A DNA stretch of 64,000 bases from Alphaproteobacteria bacterium UBA3768 (GCA_002372315.1 DFFU01000012.1:28755-92754), one strand, 5' to 3'; shown: positions 18,368 to 28,700, numbered from the stretch's first letter. Notes: generated from the letters alone by a model not told the origin. Made by a program: numbers and translations.

Positions 18368-20497
18368 ATGGCAGATATTATTGATTTTCTATCAGAATTG
18401 AATCCTGAACAATATCAGGCGGTAACCACAACCGAAGGGCCTTTATTGGTGCTTTCAGGGGCTGGGACAGGCAAAACGCGTGTGCTGACAACCCGCGTGG
18501 GATATATTTTGGCGCAACATTTGGCGCTCCCTTGGCAAATTTTGGCAGTTACTTTTACCAATAAAGCGGCCAAAGAAATGGGGGTGCGTTTGGAACAAAT
18601 GGTGGGGCAGGCTGCTTTGGGCACGTGGCTTGGTACTTTCCACAAAATTGGGGTCAAAATTTTACGCCGTTATGGTGGCTATGTAGGGCTTCAACAAAAC
18701 TTTGCTGTTTTGGACTCAGATGATCAAGAAAGGCTCCTTAAAAATTTAATGCAACAATATGGTGTGGATGTCAAAAAATATCCACCAAAGATGATGTTGG
18801 ATGTCATTCAACATTGGAAAGATCGGGGACTGACTCCCGACAAAGTGACGCATGCTGAATCCAATGATTTTTGTGAGGGGCGTAGTTTGGATTTTTATAA
18901 GCTCTATCAACAAAAACTGAGTGAGATGAATGCGGTGGATTTTGGGGATTTACTCTTATTACCACTTAAACTTTTTCAAGAAAATGCGACAATTTTAGCA
19001 GAATACCAAGAACAATTTCACTATATTTTGGTGGATGAGTATCAAGATACCAATGTGGCGCAGTATATGCTCTTGCGAATGCTCGCCAAAAAACACAATA
19101 ACATTTGTTGTGTGGGGGATGATGATCAATCTATTTATTCTTGGCGCGGGGCAGATGTCGATAATATATTAAACTTTGGTAAAATTTTCCCATCAGCAAA
19201 AATTATTCGTTTGGAAAGGAACTATCGTTCTACGGCACATATTTTGGGGGCTGCTTCAGCACTGATTGCCAACAATACAGGTCGTTTGGGAAAAACATTA
19301 TATGTGGCGGATGAAACAAAAGATATGGGGTCTTTGGTCTGTGTTCAAGGCTATTGGAATGGGGCTCAGGAGGCCGAAAAAGTAGTGGAACAAATAGAGG
19401 ATGATTTACATCGTGGAACGAAACTTTCCCAAATGGCTATTTTAGTACGGGCGGGTTTTCAAACACGTGAATTTGAAGATAAACTGATCCAAGCAGGTAT
19501 TCCCTATAAAATTATTGGTGGTTTTAAGTTTTATGAACGTGAAGAAATTCGTGATGCGCTGGCTTATTTACGACTAGTCCTAAATCCCAATGATGATTTG
19601 GCCTTTATTCGCATTGTGAATAAGCCACGTCGTGGAATAGGAGAAGTTGTGATGCAATCTTTACAGGTAACCGCCCAACAAAATCACATCAGTTTGTTTG
19701 AAGCGATTGATAAAGCAGAACTCAAAACGGCACCCAAAAAATCCTTGGATAGTTTTAAGACTTTGGTTTTGGCCTGGCAAGAACATAGTAAAAATCTATC
19801 ACCTGTGGATTTGGCCAAAGAGGTTATGGATCAATCAGGATATATGATGATGTGGCGTTTGGACAAATCGCCTGAAGCCCCAGGGCGCGTGGAAAACTTG
19901 CAAGAACTTTATAACGTTTTGGGTGATTTTGAAAGTATTGAACAATTTATTGAATATGCGAGTTTATTGACTGAAAATGATGAAGTGGCAACATCCGAAC
20001 AATTGGTTGTGATGACTTTGCATGCCAGTAAAGGTTTGGAATTTGATACGGTTTTTTTGCCCGGTTGGGAAGAAGGGCTTTTCCCCCATCAGCGTGCATT
20101 GGACGAAGCAGGGGATTTGGGATTAGAAGAAGAACGTCGTTTGGCCTATGTAGGACTCACGCGTGCCAAAAAAAACGCCCATATTTCCTATGCCAGTAAT
20201 CGTCGTGTTTATGGGCAATGGCAAAATTCTTTGCCCAGTCGATTTATCAAGGAATTGCCCGAAGAACATATTGATATGCGGGGGAATAACCGCATGGGGT
20301 ATGGGGCGAGCTTTGCGGATGTGCGTATGCCTTGGGCACGTGAAAATTTGGTGCCGAAATCCCGTAAAGGCAAACAAGTGATGCATGAAACTTTTGGTAA
20401 GGGGGTCGTGCTTCGTGAAAATGGTCAAATGTTAGAGGTTGCCTTTGAAAATGGCGGTATCCGTAAAATTGTGGCTCAATATCTGACCGAAATTTAA
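18368..20497 (+). CDS. uvrD: UvrD/Rep-family ATP-dependent DNA helicase (DNA helicase II)
   Basis: ATG at 18368 gives MADIIDFLSELNPEQYQAV. Contains SGAGTGKTRV (Walker A), VDEYQDTN, and the VMTLHASKGLEFD and VGLTRAK helicase motifs. Confidence 0.9.
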   Translation: MADIIDFLSELNPEQYQAVTTTEGPLLVLSGAGTGKTRVLTTRVGYILAQHLALPWQILAVTFTNKAAKEMGVRLEQMVGQAALGTWLGTFHKIGVKILRRYGGYVGLQQNFAVLDSDDQERLLKNLMQQYGVDVKKYPPKMMLDVIQHWKDRGLTPDKVTHAESNDFCEGRSLDFYKLYQQKLSEMNAVDFGDLLLLPLKLFQENATILAEYQEQFHYILVDEYQDTNVAQYMLLRMLAKKHNNICCVGDDDQSIYSWRGADVDNILNFGKIFPSAKIIRLERNYRSTAHILGAASALIANNTGRLGKTLYVADETKDMGSLVCVQGYWNGAQEAEKVVEQIEDDLHRGTKLSQMAILVRAGFQTREFEDKLIQAGIPYKIIGGFKFYEREEIRDALAYLRLVLNPNDDLAFIRIVNKPRRGIGEVVMQSLQVTAQQNHISLFEAIDKAELKTAPKKSLDSFKTLVLAWQEHSKNLSPVDLAKEVMDQSGYMMMWRLDKSPEAPGRVENLQELYNVLGDFESIEQFIEYASLLTENDEVATSEQLVVMTLHASKGLEFDTVFLPGWEEGLFPHQRALDEAGDLGLEEERRLAYVGLTRAKKNAHISYASNRRVYGQWQNSLPSRFIKELPEEHIDMRGNNRMGYGASFADVRMPWARENLVPKSRKGKQVMHETFGKGVVLRENGQMLEVAFENGGIRKIVAQYLTEI

Positions 20498-20733
20498 TCT
20501 CGCTCTTTCCCTTTTTGTAAACGAGAATGCGCTTCTCTTTTTGCGTGAACATGAGTGAAAACACTGCCAGAGGCCATTACCCCTGTTCCAAAAAGAAAAC
20601 GACCTACATTTTCTTTGTCATATTTGATTGTGTAGGCCATCATCACGGCCATTAATGCTGTACTGCCATAAAGAAAGGAAAGAATCAGTTTGTTTTCGGA
20701 TGAAAAATCTTTAAATTTTGCTTTTTTTCTCAT
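20494..20733 (-). CDS. Small two-helix membrane protein, tandem family member G1
   Basis: 79 aa: basic N-terminus (KAKFKDF), helix, turn KYDKEN, Gly-rich helix, basic tail ending KERD. Paralogous to G2-G4 and G6. Confidence 0.55.
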   Translation of the reverse strand: MRKKAKFKDFSSENKLILSFLYGSTALMAVMMAYTIKYDKENVGRFLFGTGVMASGSVFTHVHAKREAHSRLQKGKERD

Positions 20734-20747
20734 GTTTTTTTACTTTT

Positions 20748-20981
20748 TTAATCACGTTGTCTTTGTTTTTTTTCGCGCGCATCTGCGATTGCGTTAATAT
20801 GATATAGAGGAGCTACAAGGCCTGCGGTGATCGTTCCCAAAATGGGTTCTATGAGATTTTTTTTATGCTTGATATTATAGGTTGTTATTACAGCACCAAA
20901 GGCAATCATTCCATAAAGTGTGGGTATAAATATCTTGTGAATCAAGCGCCAATCTTTATAACGAATTTTTTCTTCTGTCAT
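20748..20981 (-). CDS. Small two-helix membrane protein, tandem family member G2
   Basis: 77 aa: KIRYKDW, helix, KHKKN turn, helix, tail REKKQRQRD. Confidence 0.55.
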   Translation of the reverse strand: MTEEKIRYKDWRLIHKIFIPTLYGMIAFGAVITTYNIKHKKNLIEPILGTITAGLVAPLYHINAIADAREKKQRQRD

Positions 20982-20996
20982 ATTACTTTTCCTTTG

Positions 20997-21251
20997 TTAA
21001 TAGTATTGAGATTCTTGTCTTTTTCTTTCAGAACGAATGCAATTGCGTTCGGCTCGGGCTGTGAGTAAAGCCGTTGATGCCATCACAGCTGATCCGATGG
21101 CAGAATCCTTAATTTTTTTTGTATTACCTGTTTTGACGGCGTAAATTGTATAGCAAGCTCCCAGTGCGGCCAAAAAACCAAACACAGTTACACCGATTTT
21201 GGCGGATTTTGAAAAATCTTTAAAACAAATTTTTTCTTCTTTCTTTTTCAT
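20997..21251 (-). CDS. Small two-helix membrane protein, tandem family member G3
   Basis: The internal ATG at 21251 (MKKKEEKICFKDF...) overlaps the G4 stop as ATGA. Same helix-turn-helix plan. Confidence 0.5.
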   Translation of the reverse strand: MKKKEEKICFKDFSKSAKIGVTVFGFLAALGACYTIYAVKTGNTKKIKDSAIGSAVMASTALLTARAERNCIRSERKRQESQYY

Positions 21252-21460
21252 CTGACTCTCTTTCGTGCATTGTGCATAATTTTTGAAGCGGATAAGGCGT
21301 TGATTGCACAGCATCCTGCTTGAACCGCAGCCCATTTTTTGCGATTGGTTTTATAATCTGCTACACTCAACAATGCACAAAAAACCATAAAAGCAATAGC
21401 ACTTGAAAAACAGGCTTTGTCAACAAGGTGCCATTTTTTTAAAGGAACTTTTTTATCCAT
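21248..21460 (-). CDS. Small two-helix membrane protein, tandem family member G4
   Basis: 70 aa: PLKKWHLVDK, helix, YKTNRKK turn, helix, basic tail ARKRVR. Confidence 0.5.
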   Translation of the reverse strand: MDKKVPLKKWHLVDKACFSSAIAFMVFCALLSVADYKTNRKKWAAVQAGCCAINALSASKIMHNARKRVR

Positions 21461-21473
21461 AATCTACCCCTTT

Positions 21474-21704
21474 TTAATCCCTGCAAATAACCTTAATAAA
21501 TTTAGGATCAATTTTTCGCTCTCCGTCTTCTTTATCTTCAAGTTTTGGCGACTTTGGGGGTAATAAATCTTTGGGGTTCATTGGTGGTAACTGCTTCTTT
21601 CTTTGATGAGATAACCAACAAGCGTAAGCAAAGGCAAAGATGCTTAAAGCGAAACCTAAACCGGTGGCGGTACATTGTATACAGGTGGTGGTTTTTTCAT
21701 TCAT
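21474..21704 (-). CDS. Small single-helix membrane protein G5 in the same operon
   Basis: 76 aa: one helix (GLGFALSIFAFAYACWL), then a Pro/Lys/Asp-rich tail ending in RD. Confidence 0.45.
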   Translation of the reverse strand: MNEKTTTCIQCTATGLGFALSIFAFAYACWLSHQRKKQLPPMNPKDLLPPKSPKLEDKEDGERKIDPKFIKVICRD

Positions 21705-21707
21705 AAC

Positions 21708-22031
21708 TTATGCCTTTTCTAATTCATTTAAGATTTCTTTATAGCGCTGGCGTTTTGTTTCGTGCTTTGCCAGTGTGGAACAAGAAGCAGTTACACAAGG
21801 GGCTAATACCAAGGGTACAACAATGCTTCTTTTTTGACCAGCATAAATGCCACCTGCCACACATAAAAAAGACACAATACTTTGCAGGATTACATTTTTT
21901 GTATGAAATTCAATTTTATCACGACAATGGGCCTTTTGATGTTCAATAATCCGTCTTCTTTTCCAATCTATAGAGGTGATTGGATTTAAAGGGGCTTGTT
22001 CAGACTTGTAAAAATCTTTTTTCTTTTTCAT
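21708..22031 (-). CDS. Small two-helix membrane protein, tandem family member G6 (first gene of the operon)
   Basis: 107 aa with a longer basic N-terminus, then helix, GQKRS turn, helix and a basic tail. Confidence 0.5.
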   Translation of the reverse strand: MKKKKDFYKSEQAPLNPITSIDWKRRRIIEHQKAHCRDKIEFHTKNVILQSIVSFLCVAGGIYAGQKRSIVVPLVLAPCVTASCSTLAKHETKRQRYKEILNELEKA

Positions 22032-22039
22032 GGCGCGAA

Positions 22040-22068
22040 ATTATAGCATATTTTGAAAAGATAATCAA
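22040..22068 (-). promoter_or_regulatory. sigma70 promoter for the small-membrane-protein operon; predicts a leaderless mRNA
   Basis: Minus strand reads TTGATT, 17-nt spacer, TATAAT. Only 8 nt (ttcgcgcc) separate the -10 from the G6 ATG at 22031, and there is no SD sequence. Confidence 0.5.
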
Positions 22069-22079
22069 GAAAATAAAAG

Positions 22080-22379
22080 GTGCTCAACGCAAGGGATAAA
22101 ATGTTAGAAGGTACACACATAAATCTAACTGAAAGGAAAAGCACTATGTGGGGAATGTATGGTGAAGAAAGTGATGATGAGCCTATGACTCGTCAAGATA
22201 GGGATATAGGAGAAGGTATTCTTGTTTCAGAGGACAAAATATCTTGGGAAAAGCGTCGTGAAATCGCGGAAGAAATTCGGGGTAGGGCTGTTGCAGTTCA
22301 AACTTCTTATCGCAGATTAGTGAGTAGAAACAAGCGTTTTCAAGAAGAATTGGAATATCAAGAACGTGCGGGAGAATAA
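22080..22379 (+). CDS. Hypothetical charged protein (start uncertain; frame stays open past a single TAA)
   Basis: 99-aa ORF rich in E/R/K. After the TAA at 22377..22379 the same frame continues for 37 more sense codons to the TAA at 22491..22493. Confidence 0.3.
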   Translation: MLNARDKMLEGTHINLTERKSTMWGMYGEESDDEPMTRQDRDIGEGILVSEDKISWEKRREIAEEIRGRAVAVQTSYRRLVSRNKRFQEELEYQERAGE

Positions 22380-22562
22380 CTGGAAAAGCATAAACGAAAT
22401 AACAAAACCGATGAATTGAAACAGGCAATGCGTGAACGTGATGCTAAAGGCAGTAAGAAAACGTTGAGAACTTTTTTGGTGGAAAAAACATAAGACAGCT
22501 TCCCCAAAGGCATTATCCAAATCGGTTATATGTAAAAAGCAAAAAGAAAACGAATAAAATGT

Positions 22563-22587
22563 TCCCCGTCCAAACGGGGATTTTTTT
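22563..22587 (+). terminator. Rho-independent terminator
   Basis: TCCCCGT-ccaa-ACGGGGA hairpin followed by T7. Confidence 0.75.
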
Positions 22588-22638
22588 AACGTTTTTAAAA
22601 ATCTTGCTTTTTTTTCAAACTTACGCTACACTGCTTCC

Positions 22639-23883
22639 ATGTTTAATAAAACAGAAAGATTATTAGCATTTCGCTATTTAAGGTCTCGTAAAAGAACGGG
22701 CTTTGTGTCCGTGATTGCAGGTTTTTCATTTTTGGGAATTATGCTGGGGGTTGCGACTTTAATCATTGTGATGAGTGTCATGAATGGATTTAAAGCCGAA
22801 TTGATGGGGCGTATTTTGGGGCTCAATGGACATTTGGGGGTGTATCCCAATTTTGGCCCTACCTTGACAGAATATACTGATTTAAAAGACAGAGTTTTAA
22901 GTATAGAGGGTGTTCAAGCTGTTGTTCCTGTGATTGATGGTCAGGTCATGCTGTCCACAGAATCGGGGCAGGCGGGTGTGATGGTGCGTGGTATATCACG
23001 TGAAGATTTTGAAAGTCGTGTGCTACTAAGGCAAAATTATCATGGTGAAAATCTGATTTATTTTGAAAAAAATCAAGTGATTTTGGGGTGGCGTTTAGCC
23101 TCCAAATTGGGGGTAAGAGCTGGGGATAAGATGACATTGATTTCCCCTAAAGCAAATCTGACTGCTTTTGGTTCTATGCCAAAAATGAAAAGCTATACTG
23201 TTTTGGGAACATTTGACAGTGGTATGAGTGAATATGATGGTAACTTTGTTTTTATGCCGATTACAGAAGCACAAAAGTTTTTTGGTATGAAAGGATCTGT
23301 ATCGCATTTGGAAGTTTTTGCCAACGATTTATCTCAGGTTCCTCAAGTTTTGAATGATACTTTTGATGCATTAGATGGTCAGGCTTCTGTTTACGATTGG
23401 CGTCATACAAATCAAGCTTTTTTTAATGCCGTAGAAGTAGAACGTAATGTCATGTTTTTGATTTTGACGTTGATTATTATCGTGGCGGCATTTAATATGA
23501 TTTCTGGTCTCATTATGTTGGTGCAAGATAAATCCAAAGATATTGCTGTTTTGCGTACAATGGGAATGGCAAAAAGGGCGGTTCAGAGGGTGTTTTTATT
23601 GGCTGGTCTTACTGTTGGAGCTGTTGGAACGATGGCTGGTGTTTTGTTGGGACTGGTTTTTTGTTATAATATTGACCGTATTAAAAATTGGTTGGAAAGT
23701 TTATCGGGGCACGAGCTGTTTTCCGCCGAAATTTACTTTCTGTCGCATTTGCCGGCCAAAGTAGAATTGACAGAAGTTCTTTGGGTCGCGGGTATGAGTT
23801 TAGCGTTGGCTTTTTTGGCGACTTTGTATCCCAGTTGGAAGGCATCTAAAACGGATCCGGTGGAGGCACTCAGATATGAATAG
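22639..23883 (+). CDS. Lipoprotein-release ABC transporter permease (LolC/LolE family)
   Basis: N-terminus LAFRYLRSRKRTGFVSVIAGFSFLGIMLGVATLIIVMSVMNGF, a large periplasmic loop and a C-terminal FtsX-type 3-TM bundle. It overlaps lolD by 8 nt. Confidence 0.9.
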   Translation: MFNKTERLLAFRYLRSRKRTGFVSVIAGFSFLGIMLGVATLIIVMSVMNGFKAELMGRILGLNGHLGVYPNFGPTLTEYTDLKDRVLSIEGVQAVVPVIDGQVMLSTESGQAGVMVRGISREDFESRVLLRQNYHGENLIYFEKNQVILGWRLASKLGVRAGDKMTLISPKANLTAFGSMPKMKSYTVLGTFDSGMSEYDGNFVFMPITEAQKFFGMKGSVSHLEVFANDLSQVPQVLNDTFDALDGQASVYDWRHTNQAFFNAVEVERNVMFLILTLIIIVAAFNMISGLIMLVQDKSKDIAVLRTMGMAKRAVQRVFLLAGLTVGAVGTMAGVLLGLVFCYNIDRIKNWLESLSGHELFSAEIYFLSHLPAKVELTEVLWVAGMSLALAFLATLYPSWKASKTDPVEALRYE

Positions 23884-24556
23884 TACCTTGAAACTGATAC
23901 ATATTGCGCGGACTTTTGGTAAAGGGAGTACAAAATTACAGGTACTCAAAGATATCAACTTGGATATTCATGCTGGCGAAATTGTGGCATTAGTTGGGCC
24001 TTCTGGTTCGGGTAAATCAACTTTATTGCATATTGCAGGTTTGTTGGATACACCAACTTCAGGTGCTATTGAAATTGCGGGACAAAATGCCAGTCAAATG
24101 AATGATACAGGGCGCACGAAATTGCGCATGAATACCATAGGTTTTGTATATCAATCGCATTTATTATTGCCTGATTTTAATGCGCTGGAAAACGTTATGA
24201 TGCCTCAGCTGATAGCGGGGGTTAAAGAAAAACAAGCTGAAGTGCATGCCAAAGACCTGTTAAAAGAAGTGGGGTTATCACACCGCCTGACTCACAGGGC
24301 AGGGCAGTTGTCTGGTGGTGAACAACAGAGGGTGGCGATTGCACGAGCCTTGGCAAATAGTCCTGCCCTTTTATTAGCGGATGAGCCAACGGGTAATTTG
24401 GATCCCAAAACAGCCGATGAAGTTTTTGATGTTTTTATGCAAATTGTGCGCCAAACGGGGTTGTCGGCATTGTTGGCAACGCATAATCCAGAATTGGCCC
24501 AAAAAATGGATCGTCGTATTTGTGTTGTTGATGGCAAAATTCAGGAATTAAAATAA
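23876..24556 (+). CDS. lolD: Lipoprotein-release ABC transporter ATP-binding protein
   Basis: Walker A GPSGSGKST, signature LSGGEQQRVAIARAL, Walker B LLLADEPTGNLD. Coupled to the Lol permease. Confidence 0.9.
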   Translation: MNSTLKLIHIARTFGKGSTKLQVLKDINLDIHAGEIVALVGPSGSGKSTLLHIAGLLDTPTSGAIEIAGQNASQMNDTGRTKLRMNTIGFVYQSHLLLPDFNALENVMMPQLIAGVKEKQAEVHAKDLLKEVGLSHRLTHRAGQLSGGEQQRVAIARALANSPALLLADEPTGNLDPKTADEVFDVFMQIVRQTGLSALLATHNPELAQKMDRRICVVDGKIQELK

Positions 24557-24607
24557 ATTATTTGACTTTTTATTTCGTCCTTTATATAGTAAAGGGCATA
24601 AGGGGGT

Positions 24608-24805
24608 ATGATGAATATTTTATTATTGAGACTTTTGATTTTATTTTATATTGCAGGTCTAGTATTTTTGTTGGTGAAACTGGCTTCATCTGATATGGCG
24701 AAAAATAATCGTCGCTTTTGGGCAATTTTACTGTTTCCTATTTGTTTGGCAACAGCAGAAGGGCGTCAATTTTTGAAAAAAATTTTAAATGGAAAGGAAA
24801 AATAA
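24608..24805 (+). CDS. Small two-helix membrane protein upstream of the SPFH gene
   Basis: 65 aa with two hydrophobic helices. It ends 1 nt before the SPFH start. Function unknown. Confidence 0.4.
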   Translation: MMNILLLRLLILFYIAGLVFLLVKLASSDMAKNNRRFWAILLFPICLATAEGRQFLKKILNGKEK

Positions 24806-24806
24806 T

Positions 24807-25697
24807 ATGTCTATGACAAAAAATATAGCTTTAATTTCTGGATTGGGTGTTTTGATTGTAGCAGCCTCAATTTCGTTTTTGGGATTCAGCCAAATTGATG
24901 CAGGTTTTCGTGGTGTAAAACTTACGTGGGGAAAAGTTGTTTCGGATTCTTTGCCTGAGGGACTTTATTTTTATAATCCCATCAGTACCTCTATGGTGTC
25001 AATTGATACACGTCTGCAACGTGCTAAAATTAAATTAGAAACATATACCAAAGATATTCAACAAGCAACAATGAGTTTGACGGTTAACTATAACATTGAT
25101 CCCACAAAGGCACATGAACTTTATCAAAGAATAGGCTTAGCCTATCAAAATACATTGATTGAGCCTAATGTTTTAAGTTCTGTGAAAGATGTTGTGGGTA
25201 AAGTGGAGGCTGATAAGTTCGTGAATAATCGTGAAATTGTAACGCAGGAAATTAAAGAAAAAATTTCCTCTATTTTGGCACCTTCCCATATCCTTGTTCA
25301 GGAAGTAGCGATTGAAGATATTGCTTTTTCTGGGGCTTTTGAAAATGCGATTGAAGCCAAACAAATTGCGACACAAGATGCTATTAAAGCACAAAATGAA
25401 ACAGTGCGTGTTGCGGAAGAAGGAAAACAGCAGGTGATTAAAGCCAAAGCTGAAGCTGATTCTAAAAAAGCGGCATCTGATGCTTCTGCCTATGCTATTA
25501 AGGTAGAATCTGAGGCGAAAGCGGAAGCGATAAAACAAATTGGTTTGGCAGAAGCGGCAGCTATCCGTGAAAAATCAAAGGCCCTATCTGAAAATTCACG
25601 CTTGGTCGAACTTACAAAGGCTGAGAAATGGAATGGTGCTTTACCGCAAAATATGTATGGTTCTGCACCGCTTCCACTGATAAATTTGAGTAAGTAA
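24807..25697 (+). CDS. SPFH/band 7 (prohibitin-like) membrane protein
   Basis: ATG at 24807 (MSMTKN...). An N-terminal anchor is followed by GFRGVKLTWGKV, an SPFH core and an Ala/Glu/Lys-rich coiled coil. Confidence 0.85.
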   Translation: MSMTKNIALISGLGVLIVAASISFLGFSQIDAGFRGVKLTWGKVVSDSLPEGLYFYNPISTSMVSIDTRLQRAKIKLETYTKDIQQATMSLTVNYNIDPTKAHELYQRIGLAYQNTLIEPNVLSSVKDVVGKVEADKFVNNREIVTQEIKEKISSILAPSHILVQEVAIEDIAFSGAFENAIEAKQIATQDAIKAQNETVRVAEEGKQQVIKAKAEADSKKAASDASAYAIKVESEAKAEAIKQIGLAEAAAIREKSKALSENSRLVELTKAEKWNGALPQNMYGSAPLPLINLSK

Positions 25698-25703
25698 AAC
25701 AAA

Positions 25704-25726
25704 AGCCCCACATTGAAGGTGGGGCT
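25704..25726 (+). terminator. Hairpin after the SPFH gene (weak T-run)
   Basis: AGCCCCAC-attgaag-GTGGGGCT followed by taatcttt. Confidence 0.45.
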
Positions 25727-25771
25727 TAATCTTTCCTTGATTTTTTGGGTAAAATTTGCTATGATGCTGTT

Positions 25772-28700
25772 ATGACACCAAAGTTTATACATCTGCATGT
25801 TCACACGGCCTATTCTTTGCTGGAAGGGGCTATTAAAATGCCCAAACTTGCCAAGTGGGCTGCAGAAAATAAAATGCCCGCTATAGCGGTTACAGATTCT
25901 AATAATATTTGTGGGGCAATGGCTATGATGCATGAAATGCCCCCTTTGGGTGTCCAGCCCATTTTGGGTACTCAATTATTGGTTAAATCCCCTAAACAAA
26001 ATGTGGGTCCTTTGGACATCAGTGAGGATACTTTTGATAAGGTCGTTTTGTTGGTACAAAATGAAACGGGCTATAAGCATTTATTGAAACTTTTTTCTGC
26101 CTACTATATGGGGGCAGATAAACAAATTCAACCTCATATTACCTTTGAAGAACTATCAGCTCACACAGATGGTTTAATTTGTTTAACAGGTGGATGGGAA
26201 GGTTTGATTGGTCGTCCTCTTTTAATGGGTAAGTATGACTATGCAAAAAAAATTACCCAAAAATTAAAGGATGCCTTTGGGGATCGTTTATATATTGAAT
26301 TGATGCGCCATGGCATGAGTCAAGAAGAACAAACTGAAGAAGCCTTTTTGCAGTTAGCGTTGGATTTAAATATTCCCATTGTGGCCACAAATGATGCATA
26401 TTTTTTGACGCCTGACATGTATGAAGCACAAGATGCGTTGATGTGTATTGCCGAAAAGAAAGTTTTATCCGATGAAGATCGGCGACGTTTAACGCCTGAA
26501 CATTATTTGAAATCAGAAACTGAAATGTGTGAATTGTTTTCGGATTTACCTGAGGCTTTGTCTAACACTGTTTTAATTGCTAAGCGCTGTGCTTTTATGG
26601 CGGAAAAGAAAAAGCCGGCTTTCCCAAATTATGATTGTAAAGGAAAAACGGAAGATGAAGTGTTGGCGGATATGGCCGAAGAGGGCTTTAAAATTCGTAT
26701 GAAAGGTAGATCAGAAGAGGAACAGAAAAAATATCATGACCAAATGTTGTTTGAGTTGGGTGTCATTAAACAGATGGGGTTTCCTGGCTACTTTTTGATT
26801 GTGGCGGATTTTATTCAGTGGTCCAAAAAAAATGGGGTACCTGTGGGACCTGGTCGTGGGTCGGGTGCTGGATCTGTGGTCGCTTGGTGTTTGATGATTA
26901 CCGACATTGACCCCATGCGCTTTGACTTGGTGTTTGAACGCTTTTTAAACCCAGAACGTGTGAACATGCCTGATATTGACGTGGACTTTTGTCAGGAAAA
27001 ACGTGAAAAAACGATTGAGTATGTGCAAAATCATTATGGCTTTGACCACGTGGCGCAAATTATTACCTTTGGTAAGTTGCAAGCCAAAGCGGTTATTCGG
27101 GATGTAGGACGTGTAATGCAGGTACCATTTCCTGTGGTAGATCGCTTAAGTAAAATGATTCCCAATGACCCTAAGATGACTTTGGAATTGGCCTTTGAAC
27201 AGGAACCGCGACTGAAAGAAGAAATTGACGCTGATGAACAGGTGAAGGAATTGTTTGCGATTGCGGTGAAATTGGAAGGGCTTTTTCGTAATACTTCTAC
27301 CCATGCTGCTGGCGTTGTGATCGGGAATAAGCCTTTAGATGAAATTGTCCCGATTTATAAAGATCCTTCGTCCGATATGCCGGTTACTCAATATGATATG
27401 AAGTATGTGGAAGAAGCAAGTTTGATTAAATTTGACTTTTTGGGACTTAAAACCTTAACCACGATAAAAAAGACTTTAGAACTTATCCAAAAACGAGGGA
27501 TAGAGGTGGATATTGACCATATTCCTTTGGATGATGAAGAAACCTTTAAATTGTTGCGTGCGGCCGATACTACGGGGGTATTCCAATTGGAATCGACGGG
27601 GATGAAAAAAATTCTGCATGATATGCAACCTGATAAAATTGAAGATATTGTCGCTTTGGTGTCGCTTTATCGTCCAGGGCCAATGGATTCTATTCCGACC
27701 TATATTGCGGTTAAAAAAGGTTTGGAAAAACCCGATTATATGCATCCGATGTTAGAACCGATTTTAAAAGAAACCTATGGTATTATGATCTATCAAGAAC
27801 AGGTGATGCAGATTTCACGTGAAATGGCGGGCTTTACCTTGGGTGGTGCTGATTTACTGCGTCGTATTATGGGTAAGAAGAAAGCGGAACTTTTGCCTGA
27901 ACAAAAGGTTAAATTTTTGGCTGGTGCCAAAGAAAAAGGTGTTGATCCCAAAATTGCTGAACTTGTTTTTGATAAAATGGCGAAATTTGCGTCCTATGGT
28001 TTTAATAAAGCACATGCGGCAGCCTATGCTTTTATTGCCTATCAAACGGCTTATTTGAAAGCACATTTTCCGGCTGAATTCATGGCGGCCACGATGACGT
28101 TGGATAAAATCAATACAGATAAACTTGCCATTTTTAAAGACGATATTTTGGCCCATAAGATAGAGGTGCTTTCACCTGATATCAATCAATCGGAAGTCAA
28201 TTTTACCGTTCAGGACGGCAAAGTACGATATGCTTTATCAGCGGTTAAAAATGTGGGTGAGGCGGGAATGCAACAGGTAGTGGCTGAACGAAATAAAAAT
28301 GGTCCGTTTAAATCACTTCAAGATTTTGCATCCCGTGTGGATGTGGCAGCATTAAACAAACGTTATGTGGAAAATTTGGCTAAAGCGGGTGCCTTTGAAT
28401 GTTTGGAAAAAAATCGAGCTTTAGTTTTTAACAATGTGGAAAATATTGTGTCCTATGCCAGTCAATCAACTCAAGCGCGTAATAGTGCTCAGATGGGGCT
28501 TTTCGGAGCGGATACTTCGGCTAATGCGTTAAAATTGACACGTTGCCCTGAATGGCCACAAATGGAAAAATTGGAACATGAAAAGGAAGCTTTAGGATTT
28601 TATTTGTCGGCACATCCATTGGATTCATTTTCAACTGTTTTGGAGCGTTTGCGTGCAGTAGATTATGCTGATATTGCCCCGATGGTGGCCGCCAGTGGTG

